From the human T2T-CHM13v2.0 reference genome, Homo sapiens: a stretch of DNA of 64,000 bases. The position numbers and the translations under genes are program-made. Under the pieces are notes generated by a model, which saw nothing but the letters and a program-made list of their open reading frames with translations, did not search any database and was not told where the DNA came from. The DNA is taken from NCBI RefSeq assembly GCF_009914755.1, contig NC_060933.1, one strand, 5' to 3'. Numbering within the stretch: the first letter of the stretch is position 1; each line of letters opens with the position of its first letter. Positions 37,438 through 53,291 of the stretch are shown here, piece after piece.

Positions 37438-38213
37438 GGCCAGACGCAGTGTCTCACACCTGTAATCCCAGCACTTTGGGAGGCTGAGGCAGGCTCTTGC
37501 CTGCCTGAGCAACATAGTGAAACCACATCTCTACTAAAAATACAAAAATTAGTCGGGCGTGGTGGCACACACCTGTGGTCCCAGCTACTCAGGAGGCTGA
37601 GGATCACTTGAGTCTGGGAGGTCAAGGCTGCAGTGAGCTGTGATCGTGCCACTGCACTACAGCCTGGGTGACAGAGCAAGACCTCTCTCAAAAAAAACAA
37701 CAACAAAATGATGAGAACCAGAGAGATTTAATTTTTAATTTGCTTTTTCTGTTGTTTTTTGAGACTGGGTTCCTTCTGTCACCCAGCCTGGAGTGCAGTG
37801 GCATGATTTCAGCTTACTGCAACCTCAATCTCTAGTGTTCAGGCGCCTCCCACCTCTGTTTCCCAAGTAGCTGGGACCACAGGTACGTGCCATCACAAAC
37901 AGCTAAATTTTTTTTTTTTGAAACAGAGTGTTGCTCTGTCACCCAGACTGGAGGGCAGTAGCGTGATCTCGGCTCACTGCAACTGCCATCTCCCAGATTC
38001 AAGCAATTCTCCGTCTCAGCCTCCCAAATAGCTGGGATTACAGGCGCCCACCACCATGTCTGGGTAAGTTTTGTATTTTTAGTTGAGATGGGGTTTCACC
38101 ATCTTGGCCAGGCTGGTCTTGAACTCCTGACCTCATGATCCACCCGCCTCGGCCTCCCAAAGTGCTGGGATTACAGGCGTGAGCCACTGCACCCGGCCTA
38201 TTTCTTTTTTTTC

Positions 38214-38244
<31 letters not shown>

Positions 38245-38493
38245 TGTAGAAACGGGGTTCTACTGTGTTGCCCAGGTTGGTCTCAAACTCCTGGACTCAA
38301 GCAATCCACCTGCCTCAGCCCCCCAAGTAGGCAGCACACCTGGCTAATTTTTTAATTTTTTTTTTTTAAGAGACAGGGAGGGGTTTCATCCTGTTGCCCA
38401 GGCTGGTCTCAAACTCCTGGGCTCAAGGGATCCTCCCATCTTGGCTTCCCAAAGTGTTGGATTACAAACAGGTATGAGCCACTGCACCTGGCC
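37438..38493. mobile_element. Sense Alu (37438..37709) next to a nested antisense Alu cluster (37745..38493)
   Basis: Alu motifs in both orientations about 35 nt apart. Confidence 0.9.
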
Positions 38494-39229
38494 AAGATTT
38501 AATTTTTTCAAAATAACAAGACTGCCAGAGAGGTTGCTAGGTAAGAAAGCTGCTGCGATTTTGCAGATTTTGCATCTTCAGGTGTTGTGTGCGTGCCTGC
38601 GTGAATCTGCTGCAGCCCCAGAGGCAGGTGTTGTATCCTCTCAACTGTGAGACTTTCTGAGTGTCCCTCATTAGTGCATTGGGTTTCTCAGAGGAGATTC
38701 TTGTAGATTCTGTTAGTGATGTTCATCTTGAAGATAATTTAGGATTACAGGAATTTCTTTTGGAATCCTAAGCCTGATTGCTCCTCCCTCCCCGACAACT
38801 AATCATGAGCCCAAAGGAGGAAGAAGAGGAAATCTGAACCTTCACCACCCACAGTCCCATTCTTAAACTGAATCAGTAATTGAATGCTATTAAGCAAAAT
38901 TAATTTGCCTCCTGCAGGAAGGTTTATGATGAATGAAAGGATTGCTGATCTGGGAGGGAGCCAGGCTTCCCTCTACTCATCAATATTTCAGAGCCGTAGG
39001 CAGTGTCAGGAAGGTAGCTGTCCTGGCTCAGCTGACCTTGAGCATGCATGAAGGTAGGATCCAGCCAGGGAGGTTGTACTGAAAGGGCTTATTACAAGTC
39101 ACTTAATGATAACTTCAGTGAAATTTGCAAAATGCATCTGTGGGTTTATTGAATTTACACCCTCAGCTAGTGGGAGACCCCCCCAGGTGGTTCTCTGGGA
39201 CCAACCTGAGACTAGTCCCAGTGGAGGTC

Positions 39230-39408
39230 ACAGCTCTGTGCAGAGCTGAAATGTTTAATGCTGGCTCTCTGGGGGGAAAAAATTCCTGATTTGTAGCATC
39301 TGCCAATTCCTGTGATGTCAGTATACTCCCACCATAGCCAGGTTACAGCTGCTGACCCTGGGGCGGGAATCGCCTGTGCAAGCCAACTCCAGCTCATGGG
39401 GCTCACTG
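39230..39408. mobile_element. MER63-like hAT MITE
   Basis: aaatgtttaatgctggctctc...cctgatttgtagcatctgccaattcc...atactcccaccatagcc. Confidence 0.55.
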
Positions 39409-39610
39409 GGGCTGTGCTGCTCCCACATTTTTTCCTGGTGATTGGAGGAGAGACCGCCCAGCGGACTTGATTCCAGATAGATGGATGTGCCTCTGAGTGG
39501 TCCTCATCTGCATTAGAGGTGGCCTCTTGACTGAGAAGGTATCTGAATGAGGCTTACTTTTAAAAATGAGAAGTTAACGAGCTCTTCATTTTGTTCTTTC
39601 TTCTCTCTAG

Positions 39611-39660
39611 CTGCTATTAACTTAGCAAAGCTGAAACTTTTCAGACATTATTACGTCTTG
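39611..39660 (+). CDS. GPR107: GPR107 coding exon: (A)AINLAKLKLFRHYYVL
   Basis: ttctttcttctctctag| acceptor; TTG|gtaagt donor; 50 nt, phase 1-0. Confidence 0.96.
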
Positions 39661-39785
39661 GTAAGTAAAAAAAAAAAAATCCTCAATCTATAAATAAAAT
39701 CAATTCAAGGAGTAGAGCAAATGAACTTCCAAAGGATTGGTGAAAGCACAAGATGTGCCACCTGGAGCTGAGCAGTGTGGCTTGC

Positions 39786-41535
<1,750 letters not shown>

Positions 41536-42157
41536 TAGGCACAGGTCATCACAGAACCTCTCTTGTTGCATGCAGTGATAATGAGTGGTCCTTGACCAGC
41601 AGGCCAGCTGAGCTTAGTCCCCTTGCACAGGCCATGCTCTAGTGGCCAGCACATTGAGTCTTTGTCACTGCAAGGAGAAATGAAGGCATCCTGTCTTGCT
41701 AGAGAACTTGGTAGTATTTGTACTTCTGTGAGTGTGGACCTCGAATGCTTGCAGCATCTGCCAGAGAAGAGGACAGAAGTCAGTAATTTCCCTGTGTGGC
41801 TTTATTTTGCTATTACTACTGGTAAATATTCCTCAAAGCCTGAGCATAAGAAATAAAATCTTTGGAGATTGAAATCAAGGGCTTATGTCTGTGGATAGGG
41901 TGAGGAAGGGTTAAGAACAACCTGACTAAAGTGTCTTGTGCTCCCGGTGGGTGTGGCTGTTAGCAATATCTTGGTCACCTGGAGAGAGAGAAGAAATTCA
42001 AGTGTAACTAGCAGAGTAGCCATGTCTCTCCGCTGCACGTATTAATTCACACTATAAGTGTCACATACTTTTCTTTGAGTGATTCTGTTTTCTGTTTCCT
42101 AGTTCATTTGTGAAAGCAAATTGTTAAAGTGGTGTCCTAATTTTAATGTTGATCTGA

Positions 42158-42322
<165 letters not shown>

Positions 42323-42398
42323 TGAAGTGTAACTTAACAGTTGTTACTAATTTATCTGGGAATGACCACTAAGACCTTCCATCTCTTCTTTTTTTTAA

Positions 42399-42704
<306 letters not shown>

Positions 42705-43224
42705 TCCTTCCATCTCTTCTGGCCTATAATTGAGATGATCTGTTTGTCCAGAAATGCTGCTGGATTCTATGAGGAATCTGAAAATAATTGCATTCTTGAT
42801 TTTAGTTTTCAGTCTTAAAAGTCAAGAGAAAAGCTTCAGGTAGAGAAAGATTTGCCCTGAATCATTAGAACTTAGATGAGATGTGGTCCTTTCCTTTAGT
42901 TACAGGGCTGAGTAGTTAGAATTCAGGCTGCCCTTCTTCTTTGCCCATTTTATTATTTCGATAATAAGTATCTTTGCGATAAACTAGAACTAGCTTAACT
43001 ACTAGAGGAAGCCACCAAATGACTTTTTTCTTGAATAACTCACTGGGTGCTGTAGGCACTGTGGGAGGAAGTGGGTATGTGGTGAGCTCTTAAAAGCTAC
43101 CCATGAAGACTGGTGAAAGCACAGCAGAGCACAGCCTCGGAAATGTCAGCCCTGGGCAGGACACTCCTCGTTTAGGCCTCGGCAAGTCTAAGGAAAATGC
43201 CCTGTAGCAGGAAGTGGCATCTGA

Positions 43225-43464
<240 letters not shown>

Positions 43465-45291
43465 TAAGAAATCTTTCTTCCCTCTTCCTTAGCCCTGACC
43501 CCTTTGCCTAACACAAAGCAGCACAGTGTGAATCGGGCCGGCTGCTCTCAGCATTTCGTGGCTGCAGGGGTGGTTCCTCTATTTTTAGCAGAAGGAAGCG
43601 GACACTGGAGCCCCAGGCTGTCTGATCTGGTTTGAAGTACAGTATCTGCCAAACCTAGCTGGGTCTTGTCAGGGAAGATGGAACTTGCCGTTCCACTAAG
43701 CATCATTGGAGCCTGCTTTCAAGAACTCAGTGGCAAGAACTTAGGAATATACGTGGCCAGTTCACGAGGGAGAACAGGGGGCCGACTTTCTGTCAGGCCC
43801 GCCATCAGGCGCTTACGTCTGAAAATGGAATCTTCTGAGTCATCTCTAAGTCTGCTAATGATCCTCAGACATCCTCTATCGTCAGATAACTGCGTGGCTT
43901 TTCACAGCACAATGACTTTGACCTATATCTGAGCACTAATAGGGGCTTTTCTGAGTCACACAGTGAATGACTCTAGGGTCCTATTTTCTGGGAAAGGGCC
44001 ATCATTGTCTAGAAAAATGAGTAGTGATTAAGCATATTTGCTTGTTAACTGAAATTTGATAAGCCAGGTCAATGCTGTGTTTGATGATTAGCCTAAGGCA
44101 GAGTTTTCCCTTCTTGGTTCACTGGTATCAAGTGTTCTGCCCCCAGCCCTGGCAGCCTTTGAATTCTTCCCAATTCAGAGGCTGAGACTCGGCCCATGCT
44201 AAGCTCTGCTTGGCTGTCAGCGGGTCAGGCAGCATGGGACAGCTCTCTCTGCTCAGCTCCACGGCAACAGTAAAGGAAGGCAGGTCCTGCCAGCGGGCGC
44301 CAAACAGCATCTCCCCATGCAGAGGAAGAAACACCTCCTTCTAAACAGTGGAGAGGAGTGCAGGAGGCCCATCAGCTGTGCCTTTCCCAGAAGTAGCAGG
44401 ATCTGAGCAAGTGTCTGTTGGTTGAAGAGGCACACATGTCAGGCTGGCAACCAGCAGCATCAGGAAATAACCTAAGACGCGGTGTGTTTATCATTCCCCT
44501 GCTGGGAGCCTTTGGCTTGGTCCGTCCGCATAACACGGGGTTCTTTGGGTAGGCGGCTAGAAGCCGAGCGGCCGGGTCGCAGCATCGTCTCCTTTACTGC
44601 ATTGTACTCCACAGTCGTAATGGGAGGTTCCCGCTTCCCACATCCTTTCCCTCAGCCGTTACATCTTGGAGCCTGGATGCATTATGAAGGTATTTTTGTT
44701 TCGTGGCAACAATTTTTTTAAAATTTTGTTTTGGTGCTTCTTTGACAACGCGGCCCACGCAGCTGCCCTCTGTGCAGCCATTACCCCACCAGGCCTGACA
44801 CAGCTTCTCTCTCTGGGCCTGGGTATGAGGGCACAGTCCAAAGTAACACTGACTTTCTCTCTCTTTCCCCTTCTGTTTCTTTGACCATCTCTCTTTAGGC
44901 CTACCAGTTTTGGCAACAGAAGTTACCGGTCAATAATCAGCAAGTTAAAAAGTATCGGATGCGATTTCAATTATCAGACTTGGTAGCTGCCTCCTAGGCT
45001 GTGGGTATCCTCAATGATCTGAATTACTTCTGTCATCTTGAGGAGTGAGAGTGGAAGGAAATGTTTGGTGTGGGTTCCTGGGCCAGGAGGTTTTCTCCCT
45101 GGGGTTCCCATTCCAGAACGCTGTCCTCATTCATGGTTGCTGTTCACCTTTCACCACTCCCTGCATTATTTCATGTGGGCGAGGAACGAGTGTGGAAATG
45201 GGGATTGGGGACTAATAGACTTGTCTCTTCACCAGGTCTCCCCACACTTCCAGTCCAGAAAACACTTTTTAGTTATAGAAATGGATATATC

Positions 45292-45596
<305 letters not shown>

Positions 45597-46601
45597 CGCA
45601 TGAATCCGTGGACCACTTAGGCCCAAGCCACATTTGATTGCAGTCTTGTGTGGCAGAAGGAACCTGTGTCCCATTTGGCACTTTTGGTTGCAAACACAGA
45701 GACTTGGGGCTTTGCAAGGAAAGGGGGTTACTGTTTAGATGTCAAGGAAAGAACGCTTATCTGCGGCGGTCGGATGTTGGCCCTTCAGCTGTTCGGTCCC
45801 TTAAGTGTTTGCACCAAAACTAGGACACCTAGTGAGGTGGCTGCGAAGCTGCTGAAGCCCCACCGCCGTATGTTCCTGCCAGGGAGGCTTTTGGGTGTTC
45901 ATCTGACCCAGGTCTCTCTTCTCACTGCTGCAGAGCCTGAGCTTCCAGGACCGTTGCGGGCGCCCTGTCTGCAGGGGGCTAGCCAGGTTTCCTCACATCG
46001 TGGGGGCCCCAGGTGTCCCTTCAGCTTCCCAGAGGTTTGCTGGGGGAACAGGATGTAGCGCCTACCCCACCCTGGGCATCTGCCATCAGGTTTCTTCCTC
46101 TCCTTGAGTTCACTTCTGCCACTCCCAGTCCTGGCCACACACTGAAGCTCCCTGTCACCCGCCCTGCCTGTGACAACCTCCCGCGCTACCACACACCCTT
46201 ACTCCCGTTCTCCCTCTTCGCACTCCCAGGACTCACCCAAGCCCAGGGTTGCCCCTGCTACCCCCTCACTGCCCCCGGCCCCTCCTGAATGCCAGGTCCC
46301 CCTGTCCTCCTGCTCCGCGTCACCTCAGCCTTGAAGCCACAGTCTTCCTGCATCACACCAAGCTCGCCCCTCCCCATTGTTCCCTATAGGCCTTGGTGAC
46401 ACGGACATCCACCCAGTCTCCTGCAGCCATGGCTGAACCACGTCCCTCTTCCTCAGCCCGTGCAGAGCGTCCTGTAGGCCTTACTTTGTGCCTCTCACCC
46501 CCAGCCCCACCCCGCCTCTTGCTCTCGTGCCTGGGCTTTGTGGTGGCTGACCTCTTCACTCCCGATCCTCTCCCCTTCCTGTCCATCCTTCTATTCCCCT
46601 G

Positions 46602-46900
46602 CAGACAGGGTCTCACTCTGTCACCCAGGCTGGAGTGCAGTGGCACTATCACAGCTCACTGCAGGCTTGAGCTCCCCGGGCTCAGGCAATCCTTTCACCT
46701 CAGCCTCCTTAATAGCTGGGACCACAGATGAATGCCACCATGCCCAGCTAATGTTTTTGTATTTTTTTGTAGAGATAGGGTTTTGCCATGTTGCCCAGGC
46801 TGGTCTCAAATTGCTGGGCTTAAGCAGTCCTCCCGCCTCAGCCGCCCAAAGTGCTGGGAATGCAGGCGTGAGCTGCCCTGGGAATACAGGTGTGCCCAGC
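46602..46900 (-). mobile_element. AluJ-like, tail-less
   Basis: Antisense Alu; TSD-like cccttcctgtccat. Confidence 0.88.
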
Positions 46901-46911
46901 CCTTCCTGTCC

Positions 46912-47068
46912 ATTCTCCCGGGCTCTAGAATCACCTGTAGAGTGTTTTTGCAGTGCCAGTTTCCTGGCCGCACCCCTGGAGACTCTGATTCTCACCCCTT
47001 GGGCTCAGGATCTGTGCTTTTCTCACTCCCCAGGGCAGCCTGAGCAGGAGGCAGGGCTGAGAACTGCC
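46912..47068. mobile_element. MER5-like hAT MITE
   Basis: tagaatcacctgtagag...ggagactctgattc...ctccccagg...ggctgagaactgc. Confidence 0.55.
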
Positions 47069-47191
47069 AGAGTAGGAATCAAGGCCATCCTTGGGTGACC
47101 AGGCAGACTGGGCCCTCGACAACCCTGCCGTCCTGTGTCCACCCCGGTTCTCTCCCTGCCACTCTCCTTCCCAGACTGGCTGGATGTATTA

Positions 47192-47552
<361 letters not shown>

Positions 47553-49706
47553 TACAATCCACACACTGCAAGTACTTAGCACTCCCTCACTGCCCTGGGA
47601 AATGTCCTGGGTTTTTCCTTCATGCTTTTTGCCTGTTATATTTCTTCTTTTTGGAAACTCCCCTGACCTCCCACCCATCTTGTGGGCCAGATCCTCTGCA
47701 TCTCATGACGGGCTTCCTGGCTTCCCCGATTCCCCGGCAGAGGGATTCTTCTCAGCCCGAGCCATCACCGAACCCGGTTCCCAGCACTCCTGTCTCTGTT
47801 GGAAGTGGCTTTGCAGGGTTGCTGTGGAAGACCATCTCTTCTCCTGGGCTGTGGGCTCCGAAGAGCAATAAGACCACTTCTTTTTCCTTGATGACCTAGC
47901 ATGAGGCCTGTCTTGAAGAATAAAAGTTGTTTTCTCACTTGGCCCACCATGTGGAAAGGAGTATTTTGTTAGAGAAAGAAAGGGAGAAAATGTTTTTCCC
48001 AAGTCTGCCGTCAGGCCCATATCCGGGTCACAGTGAATGCGCTTTGCCTCTTAGAATCAACGTGCATTGAACTCTTTGTCCTTTTTTAACAAGATGCAGT
48101 AACCATAGGACAGCTGTGTGATTACTGGAGTGTTTCTGGAAGACGTGGGGTCGCATTTCTTTGTGGTCTCAGTCACTGTGGAGAGGCACGGGGGCTGCTA
48201 CGTGGCTCGGGGCAGGGGCTTCTCTGGCTCATGCAAAGGCCCTACCTCCTGCATCCCCGTCTAGAGAAGGTCCCTTCAGGAGCAGCCCTGTGCACATGGA
48301 TCCCTCCTGGGGCAAGTGTCTTCCTAAAGAGGCCAGGCCTGAGACACAAGCCAGCTGGCCAGAAGTGACGCTGGGTGGCTTCAGCTGAGGCATTTTCGTC
48401 TTAGGGGATGCTTTTAGAGTCACTTATAGCATCTATGGGATCTGGCCACATACCTTGTCCCAACTTTGCCATAAGTACAAATAACCTGTGAGTCTAAAGG
48501 ACTCGTTTGAGAAAGGTTCCGGCTTGGGGGATTCTTTGAGCCTGGGCATGGTAGCACCATAATGGCAAGAATGAAGAGATGAAGAAGAGGGGGAAGTTTT
48601 CTTCCCTTACCCCATACAAACATTTACTTACCATGAGGTCCAGCTGCATGCACTCTAGATGGGTCACATATACGGCCACTGTGTTGCCATTTGTAGGGGA
48701 AGGGGTTAGGTAGTTGGCAGAGGGATGGGTTGGGACCTTGGAAAGAGCCTGTTGAGTTGATTGATTGAATTTATTTTACTGATGAGGAAATTTCTTTTGG
48801 TCCACCATGGGGGAGCATAAATCCTCATTGTTTCCTCGCTTGCAGGGAAGATGCTGGGCCAAGCGGCTTTTGACACCCAGTATCTCTGCCTAGTTCTGCT
48901 ACTCACAGAGCCACCCAGTTCCCTCATAGACCAGCTCACCTTCTGTGAGGCAAGAGATTATCCTCTTGAGAAGGTGGGGCCCGTGCATGTGATTCCTTCT
49001 AATGGAAAGGGCTGCCTTGCTCAGCTCCTCATGCCCTGCGAGACCAGCGATCTTCCATTTTTAATCCTTGATTTCAACGAATGGCTCCATGGGGCCTCCT
49101 CAGAGCCAGGCACCAACAGACAGAGCCCCGGGAGCTCACAGAGTGGAGGCAGAGGCCATGCGCTGAGGCACAGCCACATGGCCCAGCCCCAGCTAGCAGA
49201 AAGCAGCCAGTTCTCTGTCTATAGTGGCCAAAGAATCTTTGATCCTGGAAGGTTCCTCTAAACCTGTGGTTCTGTCCCCTGGCTCAGAAATGATCCATTG
49301 TGGCTGCTTATTAAAAATGTCTGGTTGGCTAATTAGCTTTCTTTTCTGAATGTCCATTAAGAGTCAGATTTCAGTCTCATAAGCGTAACTATCACATATC
49401 TGTGTGCCACAAAAATTCCGCAAGCTGTGACAAAAAGATTCATGATGATTGTGATAACGATAGCTGGTGTTTATTGATTAGGCACTCTGGAGAATCTCAT
49501 TTTTCCTCATGACAGTTCTGGAAAGTGAGAATTACTTAAGCACAGAGAGTTCAAGTGACTTGGCCAAGGTTACACAGCTAGTAAGGAACGAACCAGGAAT
49601 CACACTTAGATTTTGTCTGTTTCAAAAACCAACACCCATCATCAGTCCTAATCACCATGCTGTGGCAGAGATGGCCTTTTACTAAGAGACTGTGAGATGT
49701 TCCTAA

Positions 49707-49826
<120 letters not shown>

Positions 49827-52691
49827 CAGAGCCGACCCTGAGGATGGCACTGTCCAAGGAAACTGTTAACTTATTCATAGTCCTATTGGACAGCAGGAGC
49901 AGCTCCTACAGTGAACTATTGGCACCACCGACAGTGACACCAGGGCACATGGCTGGAGCACAGTGCCGCGGAAACCTGATTTTGTACTCTCTTTTATGGA
50001 AACGATCTGTGGCTGTTTAGAGGCAGCTGGATCCTCTTTCAGGCGGGAATGGGAGGGCGGGCACAGGGAGGAGGAGAGGAAGAGAAAAGGAAGAATTCAT
50101 TTTTAATTTAGGTTTCTTTTTTTCTTCTTCATTTCGGAGCTCTAAGGTGTATGCAGTTGTGACCCCATGTGTGGGGAAGTGTAGCAAGGACGGCTGGTGG
50201 AGGGGGAAGGAGGGTGCGAGGTGTCTGTCTGATGCTTTAGGAAATGTCTACTGAGGACCCTGGGACTTAAGAAGAAGGGCGGGGAGAGTGCCATTGCCTG
50301 TTTGGGAGACAAAAATGAACGAAAACAGGTGACTTTGGAAAGCAAAGTCAAAACCCAGTTTAGGATGTAGCACCTGCCCCAGGATTCCTGCCCTCGGCTT
50401 TGCCCCAGACCCTTATTCCAGATGCTGAGAGTGACCAGGACAGCAGCTCCTGAGGCCCAGTGGTCTTCTTTCCAACAGGAAAAGAAGGCTGTGATGTCGC
50501 TGTCAGGATCATGCCCTGTGGCACAGCACAGGTGGTGGGAGGTGGTTTTCTGACTGAGATGTTGCCTGATGGATGGAAAGAAATGTATTTTTAAGTTCAA
50601 AAAGCATTATCCTGTGGCATTGCCTGGACATCCACTCCCTGACAGCCCAGAGCAGCACTGTCTGGCTTCCCTTCATGCTTGTGGCTTTGTTGTGTTTGAT
50701 CAGAATTTTGGGGGAAATGGAAAGTTTTCCTCAAGGAGCAGCTGGGGGCAGAATAGGTAGTATTTAAGCAAATACTTAAGTCCAAGCAAATCATCCCCAT
50801 TAAAAAGCTTTTCCTGTAGGCTAGTAGGATTTCTAAATAGATGAATTCAACAGACTTGGTCCCCATAGTCCAAGAGTATGTATGTGAAGAAAGTGAGCAT
50901 GATTCAACAGTTTCACTCTCAGGGATTTTAGGATGGCAAAATACTTCACAGAAACTCAATGATTAAGTTCCCTTCCACACTTCCAGAGCTTGAATGAACA
51001 CAGGTAGCCACCTAAATTGAGCAGTATTGCAACTCAGAGAGAAAATCATCTGAATAGTAGGACAAGCTCAGAAGGTACATTGTGACTGAGGGCTTAAAAG
51101 GAGACCAAAACATGGCCCCATCAGGGAAGCTTCTTAATGCTTGGGGGGCCAGCTAGGTAGGGTTGCTTCCAAAAGCTGGAGCCCACCCCTGCCTAGGGGT
51201 TGTCAGAGAGCCACACCTGCAGGGGAACAGGTACCTCCGAGGGTGAGAGTCGTGGTCTCTGGGAGTTGTTTTCTCACCTCTGGCTTAGAAGGGTCAGGCA
51301 GAAACCACAGGATGTGGGGTCACACTCACTGTCCCAAGTTTGGGAACCTGAAAAAGTCTCCATTCAGAACATGGTTGTTCTCCCTGTCCCATGCTATCTT
51401 ATCTTCCTAAATGACTAATGAGGAAGCGGGTGTTCTTTTTCTGCACTTTGATTCGCCATCTGGGTTCTGTAGGGTGCTCTGAAGGTGTGATCTGCCTTCT
51501 GGCTGATGTGGAGGAAGAGCAAGCGCCTTCCCAGGCCACAGCTGCTCACCTCTCGGCAGATATTTTAGGCAAGCATCCGTGTGTCTTCCCATCTTCAGGA
51601 GAAAGGTAAATGCACCCTAAGTGTTCACTTCTGGACCTTTTTCAAGTTCACTTGGGACTGTGTGACAGAAGGGAGTTGGAGGGAGGATGGGAATATTTTT
51701 AACACTTTGTTTTCCTGTGCAGAAACATAATACCAGTTTTCGCAGAAATGTGTCTCAATCTGTGACTACCAAAGCCCTCCTCAGTCCTTCCCTCAGAGGG
51801 ACACATTTGCTGTTTCTCCCGCAAGCAGATGTTGTGGATGAGGCGATAGACTCCTTGGCAAGAACGAAAGGTGTGATGAAACCTCCCTGCTCGGAAGGGT
51901 CTCCGTGGAGGTGTCCTCATTTCACATGCTGGGTTTTGCAAGCGAGGAAGCCAGGCAGTGGAGGAACTAGAGAGAGGCAGGCGTGTGTGTGGACAAGCGC
52001 TGGAGCCGCAGCCCTCAGACTGGCACGGGAACGCCAGCGTTGGGTGTTCAGATTCCACGCGTATGTCTGGGCTCACTCACAGCATGGCCGAGTGTCTGCA
52101 GTGCTGGTCCTGACCCTTCCAGAGCAGCAGTGGACAGATGAGATAAGACTGTTTCAGAAACAAAGATGGCCACAGCCTTCCTAACAAGCAGGTCATCTGG
52201 CCATGTCTGTATTGTAACTGGTAAAAGGCTTCAAGTCAGATTGATGATCAAGAAAAGTCAAAACCCCAGCCCAAGATTGGGAAAGCAGGTGGTGGTTCCA
52301 AGCTTTTAAAAAATTATTGAAGCTCTCCATCCTGTTCTGTGAGTGTGTCTTCTCTTTCTCCTTCACGTCATAGCCGTGACCCACCGTTCATCTCTGCTCT
52401 TGCGTAAAGATGACCGATGGAGTCCAAAGCCAAGTGGCTTCACCAGCTGACAAGCCACCCTCCTGCAGCCTGAGTTTCACAGTCCACTGGGTTCGTTGTC
52501 ACGCGGTGTTTGAATGGTTAAGCCCTTGCAGTATTTCAGATCGGGCAAAAAATATCGGATGCACATAGCAGAACCATTGGTGGTATTTATAGCTTTGCTT
52601 TGTACTCCTCACTGTTTCTGCCTACGCAAAATATCCATGTTTCCTCTGAGAAATCTGTTGTGGACTGAAAGCGCTGCTGGCTGTGAAATTT

Positions 52692-52697
52692 AATAAA
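52692..52697 (+). terminator. Proximal polyadenylation signal (tandem APA candidate)
   Basis: AATAAA followed by gtgtgtatgctttg and U-rich ttatttcttgg. Confidence 0.6.
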
Positions 52698-53106
52698 GTG
52701 TGTATGCTTTGCTAGAAAATTATTTCTTGGACAATAGGAACAGTCATTGATCTGTAAATCCTGGCTCTTAACAGTGAGTGGCCAAGGACTTGATCAGCCC
52801 ATTTCTTGGTCCCTCAGTGCTTTAAAATTTAAGTAGCACTGCATTTTGTAATGTTGAATATGACTCTAGTGACTTGTAGGAGGCACTTGTGAGGAGATGC
52901 TTGCTTCAGTGTAAAAGATGCTCATGGCCTGAGTCAGTTGAGTTTTCTTTCAAGAAACCACTTCAGAGTGAAATATCCAGGGTTTCCCCGCCCTGGACAT
53001 GTCCAGCCTGCCCAGGCAGCACACAGCCCTGTAAGTCCACCTCGTGTGGGTGAGATTTCCTCCTGCGTGATGACCTCATCGCCATCTCTGCTGTCTCATT
53101 CCACAG

Positions 53107-53291
53107 CCTCCCTCCCTCTTCTCTCCTCCTCTGCCCTCGCCCTTCCCCCTTCCCCATCCCCTCCCCCTCCTCCTCTGCCCTCGCCCTTACCCCTCCCCCT
53201 TCCCCTTCCGCTCCTCCTCCCTCCTCCACCTCTTTCTCCTCCTCCTTCCCTCCTCCTCCCTCCTCTTCCCTTCTCTGCCATCTTTCTCCCC
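53107..53291. repeat. C/T-rich low-complexity tract in the 3' UTR
   Basis: About 185 nt, almost all pyrimidine, with an internal repeat cctcctctgccctcgccctt. Confidence 0.9.

Noticed and set aside
42083-42102. Alternative acceptor 82 nt upstream of exon 42185
   Set aside because: It would shift the frame, and such decoy acceptors are common.
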